A DNA stretch of 55,338 nucleotides from a candidate division Zixibacteria bacterium SM1_73 (GCA_001304225.1 LJVD01000016.1:1-55338); one strand, 5' to 3'; counted from the stretch's first letter, positions 38,152-49,191 are shown. Translations and numbers: made by a program. The notes: a model not told the origin generated them from the sequence alone.

Positions 38152-40308
38152 ATGAAAAAGATTAAGGTTTTGACCATTGTCCTTATGCTCGTGTCAGTTC
38201 AGATGCTCCTTGGAGTTATTCCTCGAAAGTGGGAATTTTATAAGATAGACGATTATCTCGATGGAAAATTCTTTGGAATTTCTGTGTCCCATGATGGAGT
38301 GCTTTCCTTTTCGCCCCAAGAAGAGGCAATCGAGGGGCCAACGGAGGAATTTTATCTTTCGCTGCTCATAACCTCTGGTGAGACGATGTATTTAGGAACA
38401 GGACACAGTGGAAAGATTTACAAAATCCAGGCAGACGGAAAAGCTGAACTGTTTTTCCAGGCACCTGAAATGGATGTTTACTGTCTCGCTCAAGATGGAA
38501 AGGGAAACCTCTATGCCGGCACTTCGCCAAACGGAAAAATCTATAAGATCACACGTCAGGGCGATGGGGAGCCTTTCTTTAATCCCACAGAAAAATATAT
38601 ATGGGATCTTTTGTTTGTAGATAGTGAGAACCTATTGGCAGCTGTAGGTGAGAGCGGCGGGATTTATGAAATAAATAAAGAAGGGGAGGGGGCCTTGATC
38701 ATGAAGGCAGAGGAAAACCATATCCTCTGTTTAGAGCAGTCCGGAAGAGGAGAATTCATTGCGGGGAGCGGAGGCAAAGGGATTATATACAGAGTAACGC
38801 CTGGCAAGAAAGCCTCGATTTTGTATGAGTCTCCCTATGAAGAAATAAAATGCGTGGCTTTGGATAAAGCGGGGAATGTCTATGCAGCAGCAGGTGGAAA
38901 GGTGGTTGCAGCCAAGAAGGATGCTGCTTCGCTTTTGCCGACCGGAGTGTCCACAGAGATTACGGTTACGGCAATCCCGGATACACCAGCACAAAAACAG
39001 ACTGCTGTTTCTTTAGACAGCCAGCCCGGTGCTCTCTTTCGTGTGAATCCAGAAGGACTAGCAAAAAAGCTTTGGTCATCAGAGGACGAGTTGGTCTACT
39101 GTTTACTCTGGGATGAAGGAACGAAAAAAATTATTTTTGGCACAGGAGACAAAGGCCGACTTTATGAGATCGATTCAGACGAAAAAGTTTCTCTTCTTCT
39201 TCAGAAAGACTCTGAGCAGGTCTATCTCCTTACCCCTCACGACTCTTCTATCTATTCTTTATTCAATAATCCCTCCCGGTTGATTCGTATCTCTCCTGGC
39301 CAGAGGTTTGAGGGAGAATATGAGAGTCGTGTCATGGATGCCGGAACCCTCTCCCAATGGGGAAAGATCGAGTGGGAGGCTGAGCTTATGACCGGTTCCA
39401 CTGTTCAATTTTTCACCCGGAGCGGGAATTCTTCACAGCCGGATCTGACCTGGAGCGAGTGGTCGCCGCCCTACCAAAGGGCAGAGGGAGAACAAGTCCT
39501 CAGCCCTAAGGGCCGCTATCTTCAGTTCAAAGTCAAATTCAGGGCTGAGTCGGGTCGGAGATCCCCTTTCCTGAAAAAGATCGCCCTTTTCTACCTGCAA
39601 TCCAACCTCCCTCCATCGTTGACCAAACTCGAACTTCTTCCTGCGAATGAGGTTTATCTAAAGCCTCTCGAACAGGATGAAGTCATTTGGGGTGAGGATA
39701 TCAGCCAGTCCGAACAGGCTATAGCTAAGGAAAAATCGAAAAGCTTTATGGCTCCCAAAAAGGTCCAAAGGAAGGGTTATCAGACTGTTACCTGGGATGC
39801 AGAAGACGAGAATAAAGACAGCCTTCTCTATTCGATTTACATTCGACGCGAAGATGAGTCGAAATGGAGAGTTTTCAAGCAAAGATGGGTAGAAAAGATC
39901 TTTTCATTCGACACTTTGAATTTTCCCGATGGAATTTATTATCTAAAGATCGAAGTCTCTGATTCGCCTTCCAATCCCAAGGGTGTGGATTTAAGGTCAG
40001 AAAAAGTCAGCCGTAAGCTGATCATCGATAATTCCCTACCTGTCTTTAAAAATGTTCAGGTAAACAAGCAAGGAAACAGTTTAACTGTTACATTTTCCGT
40101 TGAAGATGTGCAGTCTTCTATCAAAGAAGCTAAATTCCTGATTCGTCCGAACGATTGGGAGGCTGTGTTTCCTGAGGACGGGATAAGTGATTCCAAGACT
40201 GAATTGTTCCGATTTAACGTAAGTTTAACGCCAGATTCGGACAATCTGATCGTCATCAAAGTCACAGACAACCAGGATAACGTCGCGGTATACAGAGCCT
40301 CATTTTAA
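38152..40308 (+). CDS. Exported beta-propeller protein with C-terminal beta-sandwich domains
   Basis: Repeated Y.GT...GKIY.I blades; TRSGN...PD..WS.WS; W.A.D.N.D.L; DG.Y. Confidence 0.82.
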   Translation: MKKIKVLTIVLMLVSVQMLLGVIPRKWEFYKIDDYLDGKFFGISVSHDGVLSFSPQEEAIEGPTEEFYLSLLITSGETMYLGTGHSGKIYKIQADGKAELFFQAPEMDVYCLAQDGKGNLYAGTSPNGKIYKITRQGDGEPFFNPTEKYIWDLLFVDSENLLAAVGESGGIYEINKEGEGALIMKAEENHILCLEQSGRGEFIAGSGGKGIIYRVTPGKKASILYESPYEEIKCVALDKAGNVYAAAGGKVVAAKKDAASLLPTGVSTEITVTAIPDTPAQKQTAVSLDSQPGALFRVNPEGLAKKLWSSEDELVYCLLWDEGTKKIIFGTGDKGRLYEIDSDEKVSLLLQKDSEQVYLLTPHDSSIYSLFNNPSRLIRISPGQRFEGEYESRVMDAGTLSQWGKIEWEAELMTGSTVQFFTRSGNSSQPDLTWSEWSPPYQRAEGEQVLSPKGRYLQFKVKFRAESGRRSPFLKKIALFYLQSNLPPSLTKLELLPANEVYLKPLEQDEVIWGEDISQSEQAIAKEKSKSFMAPKKVQRKGYQTVTWDAEDENKDSLLYSIYIRREDESKWRVFKQRWVEKIFSFDTLNFPDGIYYLKIEVSDSPSNPKGVDLRSEKVSRKLIIDNSLPVFKNVQVNKQGNSLTVTFSVEDVQSSIKEAKFLIRPNDWEAVFPEDGISDSKTELFRFNVSLTPDSDNLIVIKVTDNQDNVAVYRASF

Positions 40309-40314
40309 CCTGGA

Positions 40315-40878
40315 TCAGCCGCTCACCCGTTCGATGTAGGAATTGTCTCGGGTGTCTATTCTTACAATATCCCCTTCTTTTATGAACTGAGGGACTGTGA
40401 CTGTGATACCGGTTTGCAGAGTGGCTGGCTTGTTGCTGGCCGACTGAGTGGCCCCTTTGAGATAAGGTTCGGTTTTCACCACCTCCATGTCAATGGTTAA
40501 GGGGGGATTCACTCCCACAGGTTTTCCATCAGACATCTCAATCGAGAATGTCACATCGGATATGAGATAGTCCACAGAATCACCCAAAATATCTGGAGTA
40601 AGTTTTATCTGCTCATAATTTTCAAGATTCATAAAAACATAGGCATTCCCTTCCTGGTACAGGAATTGCATTTCAATCACTTCAAGATAAGCTTGTTCTA
40701 CCTTATCCTTGGAACGAAATCTGTGATCGTGCAGAGTTTGATCACTGAGCCGGCGAAGTTTTGTCTGCATCAGAGCCTGCCCCTTGCCCGGTGTCACATG
40801 CGTTGTCTCGAGCACCTTGTAGAGTCCATCTTCCAATTTTATGATCATTCCTTTTCTGATCTGTGTGGCGTTGATCAT
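40315..40878 (-). CDS. efp: Elongation factor P
   Basis: HVTPGKG loop, FRS.DK.E, F...E.YEQ, KPA.L.TG..V.VP.FI..G...IDTR. Confidence 0.97.
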   Translation of the reverse strand: MINATQIRKGMIIKLEDGLYKVLETTHVTPGKGQALMQTKLRRLSDQTLHDHRFRSKDKVEQAYLEVIEMQFLYQEGNAYVFMNLENYEQIKLTPDILGDSVDYLISDVTFSIEMSDGKPVGVNPPLTIDMEVVKTEPYLKGATQSASNKPATLQTGITVTVPQFIKEGDIVRIDTRDNSYIERVSG

Positions 40879-41875
40879 CTCTCCTCCTTTCGCTCTCTAT
40901 AGGGGGTAGGTTCAATGCGGGCTCCTTCATCCACACAGACGATGGCGCTCCTGCATTGAGCCCTTCCTCAATCATTTTATCTATTTTAGGAGTAGATGTT
41001 TGAATATAGTCTCTGAGCACAAGATGTTGTTGGGTAAGAAGTTGGCCAAATTCTTGGTGGTCGAACGTTTCTGATTCAAAGAGAGATTTTCCCTGTGCTG
41101 TCAGATCACGAGTCATCAGCGTTCCTTTGAGCAGCCTCTTGTTATCTGGAGGAAGGTTCTCGATTTGCTCCTGTTCCTTCTGGCCCAAAGGTTCCTTCAG
41201 ACTGAAACCTTCGATATTTTTGTGGATAATTTGCACCCCTTCAAGAACATGTGTTTTGATGTACCCGAGCATCCCTGTAGTGTCCTTTTTTTGGAGGGAA
41301 TTGGCAAGGACAAAGCGTTTCAATGGGTTTCTCAGTTTTGTCGCCTTCAACTCTCCCTCGAAGGAGACGTTGACAATACCCCCTAAAGAGGATGCATAGT
41401 GATCCATCTTTCCACCTGGCTCATTGAATTCGGCGACTTCGGTAAGAAATCCGAGCTCAGCTATGGTCTCAGGAACATTCAGCGTGTTGTCTTTTGCTGT
41501 TTCCAGCAAAAATTTTAACCATGCAATGACTAGAGCCGATGAGCTGGAGGTTCCTGCATTGATGGGGATAGTCCCATGGAGATGGCAGTCCCATCCGAAA
41601 GGGAACTGTATCCCTTTTCTTCTAAGAACATTGACCGCACTTTTGAGATAGTCCCGTTCTTTCTGATAAACCAGGTCTCCTTCAAGAGAGAATTCTTCTT
41701 TTTCACCTAAGTCAGGTAGACTGACCCTCATGATTTGGTCGTTTCTGCGCGTTCCCCGGATAAATATCCTTAAGTTAACAGCGGCAGCGATGATGGGCAA
41801 TGCAAAATAATCCTGGTGTTCGCCGAAAAGACAGATTCTTCCTGGTGCAGAGACAGAAATTTCATCATTCTTCAT
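40875..41875 (-). CDS. galK: Galactokinase/GHMP kinase with an internal deletion near the C-terminus (~40945)
   Basis: SAPGRICLFGEHQDY, IPINAGTSSSSA, GGKMDHY. The Gly-rich C-terminal motif is absent; the true end AIVCVDEGARIEPTPYRERKEER* is in another frame and its TGA overlaps the efp ATG. Confidence 0.8.
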
Positions 41876-42038
41876 GCCTTCTATTATCCAAAGTCAGCCT
41901 TGACTGTCAACTCTTACGGAATGCAGGAATCTTCATTTCCGTAACCAAAGAAGAGCATTGGAGATGCAAACGCTCTTGCGTGGATTCAGATTTTTTTATA
42001 TAAAGAATGCGATTCATTAAGGTCGAGAACAGGATATT

Positions 42039-42842
42039 GTGAGCGAGCTTTATTTTATCGGAACAGGAGGATCTGTCGCTACAGAGGACAGGGATAATAC
42101 ATCTTTTGTGCTTCAAACCCGAGAATCTTTGCTGTTGATCGACTGCCCGGGAAGTACGATACAGAAGCTGAAGAAGTTGAATTTTAATCCAAGAAGCATC
42201 AATGCTTTGTTAGTCACACATATCCATCCTGATCACATCTACGGATTGCCCTCTCTAGTACACAGCCTTATGTTAGATGAATGTCTTTTACGCATTTATG
42301 GATCAGAAGAAACAGTCCGTTTTTGTGCGGAATTACTCGATCTTTTTGACCTGCGGGCTGAAAAAGTCAAATGTCGGGTAGTTTTTATACCTGTAGAGGA
42401 CAGAGAGATTCAGCAGATATCACCATCGCTCAGCTGTACTTTTTTCAAAGTCCCTCACAGTCCTGAATCTATGGCTTTTCACTTTTACCTTGAGGAAGAA
42501 GGAATACATTTCATTTATTCTGGCGATACACCTGTCTATCCGATGCTGTTCCAGGAGGCTCTAAACACAGATTATCTGGTTCATGATTGCAGTGCACCTT
42601 CCCGATTTTTTCGAAAGTATCCATCGCTCCAATCCATGCACACAGATGCACTATCCTTGGGAAAACGTGCTCAGGAGGCTGGGGTGAAAAATCTTCTGCC
42701 CTGTCATTTTTTCGGTGAAATTGATTTCCCGCTCAAAGAGATAGAGGAGGAAATCAGAAGATATTTTCGCGGGAATTTAATCATTCCCGATGATTTTTCA
42801 AGAATTCCCTTGATTTCTGCAAGACGTAGAGTCATAAGTTGA
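42039..42842 (+). CDS. RNase Z-like MBL-fold metallo-hydrolase
   Basis: FIGTGG, IDC.G, THIHPDH, VPH, YSGDT, H...H, CHF. Confidence 0.85.
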   Translation: MSELYFIGTGGSVATEDRDNTSFVLQTRESLLLIDCPGSTIQKLKKLNFNPRSINALLVTHIHPDHIYGLPSLVHSLMLDECLLRIYGSEETVRFCAELLDLFDLRAEKVKCRVVFIPVEDREIQQISPSLSCTFFKVPHSPESMAFHFYLEEEGIHFIYSGDTPVYPMLFQEALNTDYLVHDCSAPSRFFRKYPSLQSMHTDALSLGKRAQEAGVKNLLPCHFFGEIDFPLKEIEEEIRRYFRGNLIIPDDFSRIPLISARRRVIS

Positions 42843-42937
42843 TAGATTAGGATGGTTGACCAGGATTTTGCTGAGCCAAGATCGCAATGAATAGGAATAA
42901 TTTCAATGAGGCGTATGAGATCCTTTAGGCGGAATAG

Positions 42938-44617
42938 ATGAAAGGCTTTTCGATCTTCATTATGACCGTGGTTTTTGTCATCGGGGCTTTCTGTCATAAA
43001 GAATCCGAGAGGGAAGTCGCTGATGTCGTTCTTCTCAACGGCATGGTCTGGACGGTAGACCCGGCGATACCTTGGGCGGAAGGGATTGCTCTCAAGGGGA
43101 ATAAAATTCTCAAGGTGGGATCTACATCAGAGATCAAAGGATATATCGGGGAGAGGACAAAGTCCATTGATTTGAAGGGATCCTTTGTGTTGCCTGGTTT
43201 TATAGACTGCCATACCCATTTCCTCGATGGGGGATTTTCCCTCTCCAGCGTTCAGTTAGGAAATGCTCGAACCAAGGATGATTTCATTGCCCGAATTGGA
43301 CAGAAGGCCCAGGAGCTTGGGCAGGGCGAGTGGATTCTTAGAGGGAACTGGGATCACCAGCAATTCGATCCTGTTGAGTTACCCAGGAAGGAATGGATTG
43401 ATGCTGTTACTCCTGACAATCCTGTTTGTGTGAACCGTCACGATGGACATATGGTCCTTGTGAACAGCCTGGCGCTGAAACTGTCCGGGATCACCAAAGA
43501 TTCAGCAGTACCGGAGGGAGGTGAAATCGTCAAAGATTCCCTGACAGGAGAACCAACCGGGATTCTTAAAGATGCAGCCATGGATCTTGTTATGGATCAC
43601 ATCCCAGAGCCTTCTCTCGAGGATAGATTAAGGGCAGTGGAAGCAGGTTTAGCACATGCTAAGAGTTGGGGAATAACCTCTATTCACGATATGGATTATA
43701 CGTCCAGCTTCGAGGTTTACGAGAATTTACTGGAACAGAACAAATTGACAGCTCGTCTCTATGTGTACATTCCCATCTCAGATGTCGAGCTTTTGTCCGA
43801 GCACAAGCTTGTTTCGCCACTTCAAAGTGATGTTTTAAGGATTGCTGGACTCAAAGGATTTGTGGATGGATCTTTGGGCTCCTCCACAGCGCTTTTTTTT
43901 GATCCCTATACAGATGATCCAACAAAGAGAGGGCTTCTGGCTTCAGACATGTTCCCTGAAGGAATCATGGAAAGGAGGCTCATGGAGGCTGATCGGTCAG
44001 GACTCCAAGTCGCCATCCATGCTATCGGAGACAAAGCGAACCATATGATCTTGGATATCTTCGAGAAGGTTATGCGTGCGAATGCCGACCGAGACCGAAG
44101 ATGGAGAATCGAGCATGCACAGCATCTTCTTCCCGAGGATATTGAGCGGATGAAAAAACTGAGGGTTATTGCTTCTGTCCAGCCCTATCATGCAGTGGAT
44201 GATGGACGGTGGGCCGAGAAAAAAATCGGAAAACAAAGAGCCCAATACACCTATGCGTTTCGCTCTCTTCTTGATGAAGGAGTACACTTGGCCTGCGGTT
44301 CGGATTGGACGGTTGCTCCGTTGAATCCGTTGACTGGAATCTTTGCGGCGGTCACCCGACAGACTCTGGATGGAAGAAATCCTGATGGTTGGATCCCTGA
44401 TCAAAAGATCAAATTAGAAGAAGCGATCAAAGGATATACCCTTCACGCAGCCTACACAGAATTTTCCGAACACAAAAAAGGCTCGTTGGAGGAGGGAAAA
44501 TTAGCGGATTTAGTTGTCCTCGATCAGAATTTGTTTGAAATTCCGCCTGAAAAAATATTGGAGACAGAAGTTCGGATGACCATCTTTAACGGCAGAATTA
44601 TCTACGAAAAACAATAG
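42938..44617 (+). CDS. YtcJ-like amidohydrolase, exported
   Basis: PGFIDCHTH, DGH, GEPTG, KGFVDGSLGS, HAIGD, RIEHAQ, GSDW, GKLAD. Confidence 0.93.
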   Translation: MKGFSIFIMTVVFVIGAFCHKESEREVADVVLLNGMVWTVDPAIPWAEGIALKGNKILKVGSTSEIKGYIGERTKSIDLKGSFVLPGFIDCHTHFLDGGFSLSSVQLGNARTKDDFIARIGQKAQELGQGEWILRGNWDHQQFDPVELPRKEWIDAVTPDNPVCVNRHDGHMVLVNSLALKLSGITKDSAVPEGGEIVKDSLTGEPTGILKDAAMDLVMDHIPEPSLEDRLRAVEAGLAHAKSWGITSIHDMDYTSSFEVYENLLEQNKLTARLYVYIPISDVELLSEHKLVSPLQSDVLRIAGLKGFVDGSLGSSTALFFDPYTDDPTKRGLLASDMFPEGIMERRLMEADRSGLQVAIHAIGDKANHMILDIFEKVMRANADRDRRWRIEHAQHLLPEDIERMKKLRVIASVQPYHAVDDGRWAEKKIGKQRAQYTYAFRSLLDEGVHLACGSDWTVAPLNPLTGIFAAVTRQTLDGRNPDGWIPDQKIKLEEAIKGYTLHAAYTEFSEHKKGSLEEGKLADLVVLDQNLFEIPPEKILETEVRMTIFNGRIIYEKQ

Positions 44618-44623
44618 AATCTA

Positions 44624-45604
44624 ATGATTTATGTTTATTTTCTAGCCTTTATCGTAGCCTTCGCAGTTCTTTTCAAGAGTGCTTCCCTTTTTGTTGAAGG
44701 GGCCTCAGGCATTGCTCAAGTTTTGAATGTCCCCAAGATGGTGATCGGAATAGTGTTGGTCGGCTTGGCAACTACGGCTCCTGAGTTCGGTGTGTCTTTC
44801 ATCGCAGCCATAATGGGCCAGCCAGAAATTGCTCTGGGAAATGCTATCGGATCTGTAATCTGTGATGATGGCGTAGCTCTGGCTCTGGCAGCTTTGCTGG
44901 CTCCTGCGGCAATCTCTGTAAACTGCCGACTGCTAAAATCAATCGGAGTGTTTCTGGTAGCTATCGATATCCTGGCCTACGGGCTAGCCAGGAACGGCAC
45001 AATCGGCAGACTGGAAGGTTTATGTCTTATCCTGATTCTCTGTGTTTACTATGTGTTTGTCTTAAGAAGTCAAAGAAGAAACATGAGGACCAGAAAGGTT
45101 AAGGAGCCCTTATCCGACTCAGATGAAGCACGCCCACAGCGCGAAAAAGAGGCCTTGAAACGGTTGGCCATTCGCTTTTTAGCCGGATTCTTTGGGGTGG
45201 CTGCCACCAGCTTCCTTATTGTTTGGGCGGCAAGAAACATAGCTTTACACTTTTCTGTTTCTGAAATCATCATCGGTTCAACTATCGTGGCGATCGGGAC
45301 CTCTCTGCCAGAAATCAGCACATGTATCACTGCTGCTTTAAAGGGAGAGGGGGAGATTGCCGTGGGGAACATAATTGGAGCGGACATTCTCAATATACTC
45401 TGGATCATAGGCATGGCTTCCTTAGCCAACCCGATAACAGTGGACCTGGATATCATTAATTTCTCATTTCCCTATATGATTCTGATAGTGGTAGTCATGC
45501 TGGTAAGTATGAGAATCGGGTGTCGGCTTGGAAAGGCAAAAGGATTGATCCTAATAGTCCTGTATGCTCTGTATGTCTTTCTGGTTTTAAGCATTTTTGT
45601 CTAA
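44624..45604 (+). CDS. Calcium/sodium antiporter (YrbG-like)
   Basis: Two alpha repeats: ATTAPE...GNAIGS and GTSLPE...GNIIGA. Confidence 0.92.
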   Translation: MIYVYFLAFIVAFAVLFKSASLFVEGASGIAQVLNVPKMVIGIVLVGLATTAPEFGVSFIAAIMGQPEIALGNAIGSVICDDGVALALAALLAPAAISVNCRLLKSIGVFLVAIDILAYGLARNGTIGRLEGLCLILILCVYYVFVLRSQRRNMRTRKVKEPLSDSDEARPQREKEALKRLAIRFLAGFFGVAATSFLIVWAARNIALHFSVSEIIIGSTIVAIGTSLPEISTCITAALKGEGEIAVGNIIGADILNILWIIGMASLANPITVDLDIINFSFPYMILIVVVMLVSMRIGCRLGKAKGLILIVLYALYVFLVLSIFV

Positions 45605-45648
45605 TTCCCTTTAGATCCAGCCTATCATCTGCTGAATCCCAAATTTTC

Positions 45649-45679
45649 TTGACTTAAAATATTGATTTGATATTATAAT
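45649..45679 (+). promoter_or_regulatory. sigma70-like promoter of the redox operon
   Basis: TTGACT-16-TATTAT with extended TG, and an overlapping TATAAT. Confidence 0.55.
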
Positions 45680-45694
45680 CAGTCCTTTGGGAGC

Positions 45695-46822
45695 ATGGAG
45701 GACGGCATGAATATTGGAGTCATCAACGAGAGCAACAAGATCGAAAATAGAGCGGGTCTCTCTCCCAGTGGCGTATCCTTTCTAGCCGAGAGAGGACATA
45801 CGGTCTATTTTCAGGCTGGAGCAGGACTGAAATCAGGATATTCGAACGAGGAATACACATCCCTTGGCGCGAATATTGTATTCACCAAAGAAGAGGCCTT
45901 CGGGCGTTCGGATATCGTTCTCAACATATCGCCTCTGGATGAGGAAGAATGTAAGCTGGTGAAAGCAAACCAGATCTTGTTCGGGTTTCATCATCTGGCA
46001 GTTTCTCGCAAATGCAATGTAGAGGATATGCTTAAGAAGAATGTCACTATGATAGGTTATGAAATTGTCCAGAAGGAGAATGAAGAACTCCCTTTTATTG
46101 AGAGCTTGAGTGAAATCGCAGGACAGATGTGTTTGGTCATATCAGGAAACTACCTTCAGACGAGCCAGGGAGGCCGCGGTCTTGTTATAGGGGGAGTGGT
46201 CAGTGTCCCCCCTGCAACTGCTGTTGTAATCGGTAGCGGGGTACTCGCGAAAAGTGCGATCAAAGCCATGCTTGGAGCAGGAGCGCAAACCATAGCCTTA
46301 GGGAGGGATATGGACAGGTTGAGAGAACTCGAAGAGATTACCTCAGGCAGATTGATTACTTTGATGGCCAGCCAGTATAACCTGGCGCGCATGGTGAAAG
46401 TTGCTGATATCCTGATAGGAGCTGTCCTTCTTCCGGGAGAAAAAGCGCCTGTTTTGATTACCCGTGACATGGTCAAATCCATGAAAAATGGATCTGTATT
46501 GATTGACCTGGCTATCGATCAGGGAGGCTGTTCTGAAACTTCCCGATTGACTACCCTTGAACATCCGACTTATGTTGATGAGGGCGTCATACATTATTGT
46601 GTCCCTAACATCACATCCACAGTAAGCCGGACCTCCACAAAGGTTCTATCGAACATGGTTGTTCCCTACTTGCTCGATATTGCGGATGGGGGGATCGACC
46701 AGACTTTGAAGGAAAATACATCTCTAGCTCGAGGAGTGTATGTATATAATGGAAATCTTGTCAAGAAGGGTGTTGCCGAGAGATTTTCTATGCCCTACAA
46801 AGAGCTCTCTTCTTTATTATAA
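45695..46822 (+). CDS. ald: Alanine dehydrogenase-like protein (atypical active-site and cofactor residues)
   Basis: ENR..LSP, GAG..SG, HLA, SEIAG, GG.G...GG, IGAVL.PG.KAP, DLAIDQGGC.ETS, HYCVPN. Confidence 0.82.
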   Translation: MEDGMNIGVINESNKIENRAGLSPSGVSFLAERGHTVYFQAGAGLKSGYSNEEYTSLGANIVFTKEEAFGRSDIVLNISPLDEEECKLVKANQILFGFHHLAVSRKCNVEDMLKKNVTMIGYEIVQKENEELPFIESLSEIAGQMCLVISGNYLQTSQGGRGLVIGGVVSVPPATAVVIGSGVLAKSAIKAMLGAGAQTIALGRDMDRLRELEEITSGRLITLMASQYNLARMVKVADILIGAVLLPGEKAPVLITRDMVKSMKNGSVLIDLAIDQGGCSETSRLTTLEHPTYVDEGVIHYCVPNITSTVSRTSTKVLSNMVVPYLLDIADGGIDQTLKENTSLARGVYVYNGNLVKKGVAERFSMPYKELSSLL

Positions 46823-46837
46823 AAAACAGGTTTTAAG

Positions 46838-47252
46838 ATGAAAAAATTATTAACCGAATCCGAAGCCAATCAAAGAGACCTCATTCATATTCTTCATAAG
46901 GTACAGGCCGAAATGGGCTATATCTCCCCAGAAGCCATTGCTGCTATTTCTAAACATCTGAAGATCTCGGAGAATGAGATCTATGGTGTTCTCACTTTCT
47001 ATAAAGCTTTTAGCCTTAAACCCAGAGGTGAACATCTGGTCACGATTTGTATGGGAACTGCCTGCCATGTAAGAGGAGCCCCAAGGATATTGGATGAATT
47101 CAAACGGGGTCTTTGCATCGAACCAGGAGAAACCTCAGAGGATAATCTGTTTACTCTAGAAACGGTCAATTGTGTCGGAGCATCATGGACAGTTGAAGAC
47201 CAGAGATGTGGACAAGCTGATCGGCGAAATAAAGAAAAATTCAAAGGAATAA
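46838..47252 (+). CDS. nuoE: NuoE/HydC-like 2Fe-2S subunit with internal deletion at ~47183
   Basis: V.TFY..F...PRG, CMGTACHVRG, TLETVNCVGA; resumes in another frame as HGQLKTRDVDKLIGEIKKNSKE*. The fourth Cys is missing. Confidence 0.85.
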
Positions 47253-47278
47253 AACGGGAAGGGAACAGTATAAAAAAA

Positions 47279-49191
47279 ATGGAAAAGATCAACGCGACAA
47301 GATTAGAAGAACTCAAAGCGGAAATCCTTGATTCTCGCAAGGACCAGAAGACCTGTATTACGGTATGTGGAGGCACAGGCTGTCATGCCTCGGATGTCTT
47401 CAGATTGCAGATGCTTTCAGGGATGAGGTTAAGAGGCAGAAGCTGAAAGCCACGGTTGACGTGAGAACCACGGGGTGTCATGGTTTTTGTGAGAGGGGCC
47501 CGATTACAGTGATTCAACCTGATGGGATTTTTTATCAGAGAGTAAAGCTTGAAGATGTGGCAGAGGTTGTGACTGAAACCATTAGGAACAAAAAAATCAT
47601 CGACCGCCTTCTGTACATTGATCCACGAACTGGGAAGAAGATCATCAAGGAAAAAGAAGTTCCCTTTTATAAAAAACAGAAAAGGATCATATTCGGAAAC
47701 AATGGTTTCATCGATCCCACGGATATAGAGGATTATATTGCTTTGGATGGTTACAAAGCCCTGGCCAAGGTCCTCTTTGATATGACGGCTGATGAGGTCA
47801 TCGCCGAGGTCAAAGATTCTGGACTCAGGGGCAGAGGAGGAGCAGGATTTCTAGCTGGCCTCAAGTGGGAGATCTGCCGCAATGTCAGTTCCGATGTGAA
47901 ATACATCATCTGCAATGCGGATGAAGGAGATCCTGGGGCCTATATGGACCGGAGCCTGTTGGAGGGCAATCCGCACAGTGTCATCGAAGGCATGATCATC
48001 GGCGCCTATGCCATAGGGGCGTCCGAGGGATACATCTATGTTCGAATGGAATACCCTCTGGCCGTCAAAAATATCACCCTCGCTCTTGAACAGGCAAGAG
48101 AAATGGGTTTTCTTGGGGACTCTATCCTCGGATCTGAGTTCAGCTTCGATATCCATGTTTTCAAAGGGGCTGGAGCCTTTGTCTCCGGGGAAGAAACATC
48201 CATGATGGCCTCGATTGAGGGACGCCGGGCCTTCCCGCGTCAGAGGCCTCCTTTTCCTGCCCAGGAGGGTCTTTGGGGAAAGCCCACCAATATCAACAAT
48301 GTGGAGACGTGGGCCAATATTCCTCTTATCTTGAATAAAGGTGCCGATTGGTATTCCCATATTGGGACCAGGAAGAGCAAGGGAACAAAGATCTTCTCCC
48401 TGGTTGGGAAGATCAACAACACGGGTTTGGTCGAGGTCCCGATGGGTATCTCCCTGAGGGAGATCATTTATGAGATCGGGGGGGGGATAAAAGATGGAAA
48501 AAAGTTCAAGGCTGTCCAGACAGGAGGTCCTTCAGGTGGATGTATTCCTGCGGATATGCTCGATCTAACGATAGATTTTGACACCTTGACCAAAGCAGGA
48601 TCTATGATGGGATCGGGTGGAATGATCGTCATGGATGAGGACACCTGTATGGTGGACGTTGCCCGATATTTTCTTGAATTTACTCAGGAAGAATCCTGTG
48701 GAAAGTGTGTGCCCTGTCGAGTAGGAACAAGACAGCTGGTGGAAATTTTGACCCGCATCACCAAGGGAAGGGGAGAGGAGAGAGATATCCAGAAACTTCA
48801 GGATCTGGCAAAGACGATAAAAGCCGGTTCCCTCTGCGGATTAGGGCAAACAGCTCCCAATCCCGTGCTGACCACTCTTCGCTATTTCGAGAACGAATAC
48901 GAGGCCCATATCAATCAAAAGAGTTGTCCTGCGCTCGTTTGCAAGGATTTGATCATTTACCATATCGATCCAAAAAAGTGTGTGGGTTGTCTCTTGTGTT
49001 TGAAGAACTGTCCGGTAGATGCCATAAGCGGAGAGCGGAAACAAGTTCATGTGATTGACCAGGACCTGTGCATTAAATGTGGAGCATGTTTGGATGTCTG
49101 TCCGCCTAAAGTCAGTGCTGTCGTCAGATACACTGGAAAGAAGAAAGAGAGAGTTTTAAAAAACGTTCAGTCGAAAAGAGCAAAGAAATGA
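47279..49191 (+). CDS. nuoF: NuoF/HydB(BfuB)-like FMN/NADH subunit, 1-nt frameshift at ~47390
   Basis: MEKINAT...CGGTGCHA|GC...TTGCHGFC (2Fe-2S), GRGGAG, NADEGDPGAYMD, GEET, GGPSGG, CGKC.PC, H....CP...C, C-terminal 2x[4Fe-4S]. Confidence 0.92.

Noticed and set aside
40742-40945. C-terminal extension of galK overlapping efp
   Set aside because: Out-of-frame read-through after the deletion; the genuine end is at 40875.
46838-47446. 202-aa ORF as a real NuoE-NuoF fusion
   Set aside because: Product of two lesions; nuoE has its own stop at 47250-47252 and nuoF its own ATG at 47279.
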